From: Octopus sinensis
Taxonomy: Eukaryota
DNA length: 64,000 bases
Reading direction: 5' to 3'
Assembly (NCBI RefSeq): GCF_006345805.1
Contig: NC_042997.1
Location: 203,670,001-203,734,000, forward strand
How positions within the stretch are numbered: the first letter of the stretch is position 1; every line of letters starts with the position of its first letter. The notes beneath the pieces are model-generated. The model was not told the DNA's origin and did not search any database. It saw nothing but the letters and a program-made list of their open reading frames with translations. Below, in pieces: positions 1-8,270 of the stretch. A program made the position numbers and the translations under genes.

Positions 1-84
1 GTAGTATGCAAGAGAGTAGACTGATGTGTATGAATGAAGATGTAATCATCCTAGCATATAGGCATGTCTCTTGCAGGCTTGTGG

Positions 85-248
85 GTGCTGGTCCTACATA
101 TAAAGCACTCAGTATACTCTGTAAGGTGGTTACCATGAGGAAGGGCATCCAGCCATAGAAACCATGCCAAAACCGACATGGAGCCCAGCAGCTCCTGTTG
201 AACTGCCCAACCCATGCCAGCATGGAAAACAGCTGTTAATGATGATGT
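85..248 (+). mobile_element. RTE 3'-UTR-derived short element (SINE-like or 5'-truncated RTE tail)
   Basis: Matches the 3' UTR of the RTE LINEs in this window (aaaagcacyca...aggaagggcatccagc...cccatgccagcatggaaaac...atgatgat tail). Dozens of similar copies occur on both strands. Confidence 0.75.
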
Positions 249-296
249 ATCAGACCAAAGATTAAGATGCATAAAAGATTTTAAAGTAGGAATAAT

Positions 297-445
297 CTTT
301 CATCTTTTACCTGTTTCAGTCATTAGACTGTGGCCATGCTGGGGCATGCCTTGAAGAATTTTAGTTAAACAAGGATTTCTTTTTCTAAAGTCTGGTACTT
401 ATTCTATTGGTCTCTTTTACCAAACTGCTAACCTATGGGGGATAA

Positions 446-450
<5 letters not shown>
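297..450 (-). mobile_element. 3' fragment of tRNA-derived SINE
   Basis: Shares the gtttcagtcattagactgtggccatgctggggca segment with the full-length copy at 62565-62945. Confidence 0.65.
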
Positions 451-491
<41 letters not shown>

Positions 492-512
492 ATATATACA
501 TATACATATCTC

Positions 513-867
513 TCTATATAAACGGCAGTTTGTCTGTGCGTGTTTCTGTGTGTCTGTTTGCTTGTACCCTCACCCTGACCACGGCTTTCAACCGATTCTG
601 ATGAAACTTGACACACACATAGCCCAATGTCATAATTCAAAACTAACGCAGCGAGAATTTTGAAAAGTTCCCCCAGTTCTGAAAAAATCGATAAATTCGA
701 CATGGGGTCGAGAATCAGAAACACGAACCACAAACGCAACTCCACCTTTTTTAAATCTCAAAAAAAAATTTACCATCATTTTTTTCCATTTTTTTGCTAT
801 AACTCTCTAAAAATGCTTTATAGTTATTTCCCTTACAAACCTGAGCAACGCCGGGCGATACTGCTAG
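513..867 (+). mobile_element. Non-autonomous Helitron-like element
   Basis: Starts with TC (TCTATATAAA...), has a tgtctgtg simple repeat and an accgattctgatgaaactt block, and ends with a GC-rich hairpin (cgccgggcg, 849-857) then CTAG followed by T (864-868). Confidence 0.6.
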
Positions 868-1039
868 TATATATATATACACACAATAGGCTTCTTTCAT
901 CTACCAACTCCACTTGTAAGACAGCCCAAGACTATAGTAGATGACACTTACCTAAGGTGCTATGCAGAGGGACTGAACTTGGAACCACGTGCTTCTGAAG
1001 CAAACTTCTAAATGCACAACCATGCCTGCACCAATCTAA

Positions 1040-1230
1040 AATCTTTTACTTTATTAATATCTGATTTGGATGGGCAAATTAGTCTAACTGTAGGTTTTTC
1101 TTTGTGGACTTTTAAATTTATACATGTTACCTTGGGTTTGTAAGGTTTCAACATGATCGTTTTGTGGTCCTTTATAATTTTAAATCTAGCTGAGTTGATA
1201 ATATTTAATGTAGACAAGCAAGTTTGAAGT
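1040..1230 (-). mobile_element. Degenerate Penelope-like RT N-terminal fragment
   Basis: Translation IIKDHK...KPTVRLICPSKSDINKVK resembles the recalled 'ITLKDHK...PTVRLINPAKSELGKISK' block of Penelope-like RTs. Confidence 0.3.
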
Positions 1231-1556
1231 TGCTATATAGTTTCTTTTTAATTAATTATATTTTAGGCCAAGTGAAATCGTAGTTATGGACAATGCTGGT
1301 GACATGTAAAAGTCACATGTGAAGGTGATATGTAAACAGCACCAGTGATGGTGACAGATAAAAGGCACCCACTATACTCTTGTAGTAGTTGGCAGTAGGA
1401 AGGGCACCCAGCTGTAGAAACCAAGCCAAAATCAGACGGGAGCCTGATACAGCTCTCTGGCTTACCAATTACAGCCAAAGTGTGTAACTTGTGCCAGCAT
1501 GGAAAACGGATGCTAAATGATGATGATGAATACTAATGTTATGTTTCCTGTCTTAC

Positions 1557-1765
1557 CAGAGAGGACTAAAATTCCAGAAGCTTGTTTAATTAAGTTATTT
1601 AATTGTTTTAAATGTTCATTATAACAAAGTGGATGGCATTTGAATTTAGATTTTCCTGATGATATTAAATCTTTAAATGCAATTAGGTGTTGGTTTTGTG
1701 GAGAGTTCTTATGGGATTTAAAACTATATTTGAAGTAATTTGTAGATTCTGTATTAGCATCCATT
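1557..1765 (-). CDS. Candidate coding exon of an unidentified gene continuing off the left edge (sirtuin-like beta1 motif at its 3' end)
   Basis: Acceptor ttttttcaaaatacag|A ATG and donor TCT G|gtaaga. Open 69-codon frame MDANTESTNY...HLKQLNNLIKQASGILVLS-G. Confidence 0.4.
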
Positions 1766-1972
1766 CTGTATTTTGAAAAAAGAAATGCTTTCCAACACAT
1801 GCATTATAAAGAAACTCATCCTGTGTAGTTATATATTCAGTTTTTACCATTCATGAGGTAGGTGCTTAGGAGTGAAATATATAATCTAGCAGAATAGTGC
1901 ATAGAAAGAGTTATAATCCAAGCTTTGACCTCATGAAACACATCTGCATTACAGCCCCTTCTATAGGTAAGC

Positions 1973-2290
1973 CATGTGGCTTAGTAGTTACAGTGTTCAG
2001 CTCACAATCATAAGGTTGTGAGTTTGATTCCTGGTGGCACACACCATTCAGCAAGATACTTTATTTCACATTGCACCAGTCAACTCAGTTGGCAAAAATG
2101 AATAGTTTTTCTGTTTCATAGGGCCAGCCTTGTCACAATGTGTCAAGCCTAATCTCCCTGGAAACTATGTTAAAGGTACATGTGCTTGTGGATTGCCCAA
2201 CTACTTGCAAGTTAATTTCATGAGCAGGTTGTTCTACTGATTAGATCAACTAGAATCCTCATCATTGCAACTGACAGAGTGCCAGTTTTC
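1973..2290 (+). mobile_element. Degenerate tRNA-derived SINE, directly upstream of the Gypsy insertion
   Basis: A/B-box-like head (tggcttagtagt...gagtttgattcc) followed by an agcaagatactttatttcacattgcaccagtcaactcag core. Confidence 0.5.
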
Positions 2291-2297
2291 TTATATA

Positions 2298-2720
2298 TGT
2301 AACAGGATCTGGAATCAGTATCACTGGCGGGGTGTCCGATCCGATCCTGTCACATTCAATTTAGTTAAATGTAACAGACGAAGTCAGGTTATCTGGGAAA
2401 AGACAGCAAATGTTGTTTATTACTCGTGATGGTGTACGTATTTCTGAGATGAAACGACAGCCGAATCTGTTGTACTGCTTCTTGTTGGTTGGTTGAAGTG
2501 ATTTGATGTGGTCCGCTGCTAAGTCGGTGCGTAGTTCTCAGAGACTACCAAATGCACGTCTGTTCACGAGGGCTGAAAGGGCCAGAGAGAGTGAGTGAGT
2601 GGACTGTGGTTTTAGGGGTCAGTTTCCCGCACATGTGCATGGGGAAGACTTCCGGTGGCCACCCGGAAGTAGTCCCATTCTGTGCATGCGCGCTGAACCT
2701 TACACAGCAGCATCACTACT
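2298..2720 (-). repeat. 3' LTR of the Gypsy element
   Basis: 423 bp with 12 substitutions versus 7131-7553 by manual alignment (~97%). The internal terminus reads AG instead of TG. Confidence 0.95.
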
Positions 2721-2732
2721 TGGCTCCCCCTC
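2721..2732 (-). other. Polypurine tract
   Basis: The minus strand reads GAGGGGGAGCCA immediately before the 3' LTR. Confidence 0.85.
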
Positions 2733-2858
2733 GAGTGCAGAAGTATGACAACAAGAAAATTTGTAGTGGTGCTGCAGAAAAACAGATGGCTTGCCGATCC
2801 CCCAGAAGATTTGGTGCATAATATGATACAAAAAACAAGAAATTTGAAAGAAAGAAAG

Positions 2859-5800
2859 TCAAATATAAATTGTCTTTGAGAGTTTCTTGGGCCAATGCAC
2901 TGTTCTGCCCGATTTTGTAACATACGGTGTACTCGGGGCAACGTTGACGGTGAAGGTGGTGTTGTAGGACCCGGTGAAGGCAAAGGTGTCTGCAGGTGAA
3001 GGTGTTGGTAAAGGTGCATAGGTGGGTGTGGCAACGTTGTCATCAAAAGATGAAGACGTCTCAAAGTATGCTTTCTTCAGTCGGTCCACGGAAACGGTCT
3101 CCAAATGACCATTTATTTCAATGGTAAAAATCTTAGGTGTGCCAGAAAGCACACGGAAAGGTCCTTTATAAGGAGAAACAAGTGGTCCCTTGACCGAGTC
3201 GTCCCGAACAAAAACATGCGACCAAGTGTCCATATCCGGTGGGAGATGGGATGGTGGAGATTGTTACCTGGGAACCATGGGTGGAAGATTCGAAAAATAG
3301 GAACGCAGTCTGGCGACATAGGTCGCCGGATCATGGGGCTGGGAAGTGTCTGGCACCAACATCATACCAGGCAATGCCAGTGTGGTACCATACAGTAGCT
3401 CTGCAGAAGAAAACCCCAGGTCTGCCTTGACAGCAGTACAATTGGCAGAAATTCAATCCAGGACTGTGGATCTGAAGAGGCACGAAGAGCGGCCTTGAGC
3501 TGTCTATGGAACCATTCAACTAATCCATTAGACGCTGGATGATAGCTGGTCGTGTGAATATGATGCACACCTAATATGCGCGACAATTCGCGAAATAGCG
3601 AAGCTTCAAACTGACGTCCACGATCAGTAGTCAATCTGGACGGAACTCCGAAACAGGAAATCCAGTTTGAAACGAAGGCTCGTGCAACAGTCTCAGCAGA
3701 AATGTCTGCTATCGGAATGGCTTCCGGCCAGCGGGAGAAACGATCGACACAAGTTAACAGATAAGAAAACCCGCGACTCAGGCCATGGTCCAACTAGATC
3801 GATGTGGACATGGCGAAAACAGGCCTCCGTAGGGGGAAAATGTCCAAGCGGGGCACGAACGTGCCGTTGAATCTTGGACCATTGACACTTGGAGCAGGTG
3901 CGTGTCCAAGAAGTGATAGTGCGACGCATATTCGGCCAGAAAAACCGAGCAGTGATCAGCTTAAGGGTGGCAGCGATGTCAGGATGTGATAAGGAGTGCA
4001 GTGCTTCAAACACTGAGCGTTGATGATTCTCAGGCATGAGTGGCCTGGGAGAACCAGTGGAAGTACCACAGAGAATGGTGCCTTCGGCTGACGGAAGCGG
4101 TAGGTAGGAAAACTGGCAACAGAACTTGGGCGAAGTTAAGTCTAACGACGCCAAAGGTGGCTGCTCCAGCGAGATGGCACTTAAGTCGATAGCAGCAGGA
4201 GACGAAAGGGCGCAGACTGGAAGGCGAGAGAGAGCGTCAGCAGGAACGTTCTCTTTTCCAGGTATGTGTCGAATGTTACTAGTGAATTGAGAGATAAAAT
4301 CCAGGTGCCGGAAAGCACGAGGCGAGAGTTTGTCCGTTTTTGAACACAGGGCAAACGTAAGGGGCTTGTGATCTGTATAGATCACAAAATCTTGCCCTTC
4401 AAGTTGATGCTAGAAGTGACGAACTGATAGATAGATCGCTAGGAGCTCACGATCAAAGGTGCTGTATCGTCGTTCAGCTGGTTGCAGTTGGCGGGAAAAG
4501 AAAGCCAGAGGTCGCGTGAGATCATCCACTGTGTGTTGTAACGCAGCGCCAATTGCAGTGTCCGATGCATCAACAGTCAAAGAGAGAGAAGCACCAGGAA
4601 CTGGATGTGCAAGCAAAGAAACAGAAGCCAGCTCCTTCTTAATGGACTCAAAGGCTGTGAGTGCCTCAACAGAGAGGGTGACTTGACCGTTCTTTCTAGG
4701 AGTGTCCTTTAATAGCCTGGTGAGAGGAAGTAGCTTATCTGCACAACCGGGGATAAAACGTCTGTAGAAATTGATCATCCCTAGATAATGCCTGAGCTGG
4801 CGCAAGGAAGTGGGAGGTGTGATGCATTGAATGGCATCGACCTTTGACGACAGAGGGCTGATTCCACTCAAATCAATATGATGGCCTAGAAAATCTAGGG
4901 AAGAGTGTCCGAAAACACACTTGTTGGGATTTATACGTATACTATAAGCGCGAAGACCTGAAAAAGCTGAGAAAGGTGCTGGAGATGATTTTCACGTGTG
5001 TCGCTCGCAATGAGTATATCATCGACATAGGCAAACACAAAATCAAGACTGCGGACAACCTCATCAATGAAACGCTGGAAAGTGCTGGTAGCATTCCGCA
5101 AACCGAAACTCATATACAAAAACTCAAAACACCCAAAGTGGGTAGTGATCGCAGTTTTCGGAACGTCGGCTGGGTTGACCGGTATTTGATGGTACGCGCG
5201 TATAAGGTCGACCTTCGAAAAAATGGTACAACCATGGAGATTTGCTGTAAAGTCCTGATTGGATACCTGTCGGCTATTGTTATGGCATTGAGGCGTCGAT
5301 AGTCTCCTACCGGGCGAAAATCAGACTCGCCCTTTCGCACCAAATGAAGGGGAGACACCCATGGGCTGGTGGAGGGGCGTATAAGGCCAAGTTGAAGCAT
5401 GTGCTCAAACTCGGCCCTAGACGGTCAGGCGCAAGGCGCCGTGGGCGCGAAAATACAGGCGGCCCAGTGGTGGTGATAAAATGAAGTGGGTAGGCTTTTC
5501 TGGTTGAAAGGCAATGTCCACTAGCTCCGGAAATGAAGCCAAAAGAGAGTGAAAAGCGTCTCCAGAGGTGGCAACAAAGAATGTCGGGCTAAGGACCGCA
5601 TTGGTGGAACTCCCAGTCAGCATAGAGAGCGACGTCGTGCTGTCAAGAAGCCTCTGACGCCTGACGTCCACCAATAGATTAAACCTATCCAAGAAATCAG
5701 CGCCGAGAATAGGATGCGGGATGTCAGCGATGATGAAAACCCATTGAAAATCTCGACGAAGGTTGTCGAGGCGCAGCGAAATCTGACCGAAGGTGGTTAT

Positions 5801-6073
5801 GGGAGACGAGTCAATGGCATGCAAGACAATTGAAGAGCGCTTGGGCTTGTCTGCAGTCAGACGAAGGGGCCAGATTCTGCAACAAGAGCCGGTGTCCACC
5901 ATGAAGAATTTCTTCGACACCAGATCTTTTACAAAGAACGCACGATTTTTGGGAAACAAGAAGGAAGAAGGTGACGTGCTCACCTCCTCCGGATTTAGTT
6001 TCCTGAGGGCTGGAAAGTGCACGGCTGGGTACACCGTTCTGCCTTTTCGGCATACTTTGAATGGTACCAGCAC
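2859..6073 (-). pseudogene. pol: Gypsy pol (protease, RT, RNase H, integrase) broken by several frameshifts
   Basis: Motifs present: protease [20 protein letters not shown], RNase H LTVDASDTAIGAAL...FDRELLAIY and YTDHKPL, integrase HHCC and CVDRFSRW...TDRGRQFE...SNGLVE, and GPY/F-like YKGPF. They are spread over ORFs 5417-6073, 5110-5400, 4931-5119, 4410-4871, 3693-4385, 3362-3793 and 2859-3233. Confidence 0.93.
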
Positions 6074-6744
6074 CAGCCGGAAGGAGAAACAGAGTCACTC
6101 CGACTACGGGAAACAGAGCCACTGCGACTACGACTGCGAGGTCGGCGCCCGATCGCTCGGCACAGATCATCGATTCGCTGCGTAAGCGCATCGATCTTCT
6201 CGGCTAATGAATTTTGCGTCGGAGAAACTGTCGGAGGGGGCTCTGTACATGCGTACAGGCCTCGCGATGGAGATGGTCCCAAAAATTCTAATATTTTATC
6301 GGCCATCGTGGCAATCTGGTCTACTGACACAGACTCCAGTGCCGTGGCCAACATTGTCTGCACGTGGGCAGGCAACCTGGAGAAAAATATCTTCCGCAAG
6401 AGTGGCGCGTCTGCTGCGTTCCTGTTTAGCTCCCTTAGGTGGCGCAGGAACTGGGATGGAGTCCTGTCCCCCAACTGTTTGTCGGCCATTAGTTCATTAA
6501 ATTGACTCTCCTCCGACCGCGTGTTGCGGCGGAGGATTTTGGCCTTGACTGATGCGTATGTGGCGTCAGGGTGGGGACTCATTATGAGATCCCTGACCAA
6601 TGTGGCGAGTCGGGAGGGCAAACTCGAATATAGCAGATGCAACTGCTGCTGTGGGGGAACGGCATGTGCGGCAAAATGCGACTCCACCTGGGCAAGCCAC
6701 AGACCCGCATCCCCTGTGAATGAAGGCAAACCTGATGCAGCCAT
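5995..6744 (-). CDS. gag: Gypsy gag (249 aa, intact ORF)
   Basis: LPSFTGDAGLWLAQVESHF N-terminus, LGDRTPSQFLRHLR block, and C-terminal C-x2-H-x9-C-x3-C knuckle (CWYHSKYAEKAERCTQPC). Confidence 0.92.
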   Translation of the reverse strand: MAASGLPSFTGDAGLWLAQVESHFAAHAVPPQQQLHLLYSSLPSRLATLVRDLIMSPHPDATYASVKAKILRRNTRSEESQFNELMADKQLGDRTPSQFLRHLRELNRNAADAPLLRKIFFSRLPAHVQTMLATALESVSVDQIATMADKILEFLGPSPSRGLYACTEPPPTVSPTQNSLAEKIDALTQRIDDLCRAIGRRPRSRSRSGSVSRSRSDSVSPSGWCWYHSKYAEKAERCTQPCTFQPSGN

Positions 6745-7116
6745 GTTTGTCCAAAAAATCGCCTGTCAGAAAGGGGCAGAAGGTAAGAATGAGAAGTGGA
6801 GAACACGTGGAACCGACAAAGCAAATAAAAAAAAAATGTGTTTTGTGTACTGGTGTGTGTGTGTGTGCATCTCGTGGGTAGTAAAGAAATAGGTGTGCGT
6901 GTGCACAAAGGAAAAACAAAAGCTACAGAAAAGAAAAAAATTTTGTGTGTGTTTTTTTTGTTTTTTTTTCAGTGTACTGAGTGCGATGAATAAAACTTTT
7001 GTTTGTACGCACCTTCGCCGTCCTGAAAGGAAAAGAAAACGATAATGAAACTGAGTGTTCAGTGTGCTCACTGGCAAAACCTGTTCACTGCGTCTTCTGT
7101 TCTTTTTTTTTTTTTC

Positions 7117-7128
7117 TCGGGGTCACCA
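7117..7128 (-). other. Primer-binding site complementary to tRNA-Trp
   Basis: The minus strand reads TGGTGACCCCGA 2 nt after the 5' LTR. This matches the first 12 nt of the tRNA-Trp PBS TGGTGACCCCGACGTGAT. Confidence 0.88.
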
Positions 7129-7130
7129 AT

Positions 7131-7553
7131 TGTAACAGGATCTGGAATCAGTATCACTGGAGGGGTGTCCGATCCGATCCCGTCACATTCAATTTAGTTA
7201 AATATAACAGACGAAGTCAGGTTATCTGGGAAAAGACAGCAAATGTTGTTTATTACTCGTGATGGTGTACGTATTTCTGAGGGGAAGCGACAGCCGAATC
7301 TGTTGTACTGCTTCTTGTTGGTTGGTTGAAGTGATTCGATGTGGTCCGCTGCTAAGTCGGTGCGTAGTTCTCAGAGACTACCAAATGCACATCTGTTCAC
7401 GAGGGCTGAAAGGGCCAGAGAGAGTGAGTGAGTGGACTGTGGTTTTAGGGGTCAGTTTCCCGCACATGCGCATGGGGAAGACTTCCGGTGGCCACCCGGA
7501 AGTAGTCCCATTCTGCGCATGTGCGCTGAACCTTACACAGCAGCATCACTACA
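7131..7553 (-). repeat. 5' LTR of the Gypsy element
   Basis: TG...CA termini, AATAAA on the minus strand (plus tttatt near 7249), and paired CCGGAAGT plus GCGCATG motifs in the U3 part. Confidence 0.95.
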
Positions 7554-7564
7554 TATATATATAT

Positions 7565-8270
7565 ATGCAGTTTGGGTTAGTGCCAGGGAAAAGCACCACT
7601 GATGCTAGATTTCTGGTAAGACAGATGCAGGAGAAATTCCTAGCCAAAGATAAACCTCTGTACCTGGCCTTCATTGACGTGGAGAAAGCTTTTGATAGAG
7701 TTCTCCAATCCCTTACCTGGTGGTCAATGAGGAAATTATGGATAGATGAGTGGTTAGTGAGAGCTGTACAAGTCATGTACAGGGATGCTGTCAATAAGGT
7801 GAGGGTTGGCAACGAGTATAGTGAAGAATTCTGGATAGGGGTAGGGGGTCAACCAATGACCAGTCCTCATCCCCCTTTTATTCATCATAGTCCTCCAGGC
7901 AATAACAGAGGAATTCAAGACAGGATGCCCCTGGGAGCTCCTCTATGCTGATGACCTTGCTCTAATAGCTGAGTCACTATCAGAACTGGAGAAGTTTCAG
8001 GTGTGGAAGCAAAGTCTAGAATCGAAGAGTCAATCTAGCAAAAATCAAAGTCTTAATAAGTCGGAAGGCAGACAAATCACAAATCCCTTCAAGTAGATGG
8101 CTCTGCTCGATCTGTAGAAAAGGTGTAGGTAGAAACTCTATAAGATGCACCAAGTGTAAGCTATGGATACATAAGAGGTGCAATAATATCAAAGGAAGGC
8201 TAACTGGGAAGATAGTTTTTGTCTGTGGCGAATGCTCAGGGGCAATAAATGCTGAAAATGTGCAGAAAAC
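7565..8270 (+). mobile_element. RTE-clade LINE internal fragment (RT), degenerate and 3'-truncated
   Basis: Translates MQFGLVPGKSTTDARFLVRQMQEKFLAK...; contains ctctatgctgatgac (YADD) and the PHD-like Cys cluster. Confidence 0.88.

Larger units (their letters stand above)
2298..7553 (-). mobile_element. Full-length Ty3/Gypsy LTR retrotransposon, CsRn1/Boudicca-like, with frameshifted pol
   Basis: Two 423-bp LTRs, tRNA-Trp PBS, PPT, gag with a CHCC knuckle, and pol in PR-RT-RH-IN order. Flanked by TATA in a TA-repeat target. Confidence 0.95.

Noticed and set aside
1557-1765. Possibility that this exon is PSMG2, the head-to-head neighbour of CEP76 in vertebrates
   Set aside because: There is only a vague K..P.C...V.S resemblance, and the rest does not match recalled PSMG2.
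5793-6919. Long ORFs antisense to or overlapping gag/pol
   Set aside because: They are shadow frames of GC-rich retroelement coding sequence with no recognisable domains. No env-like ORF is present either.
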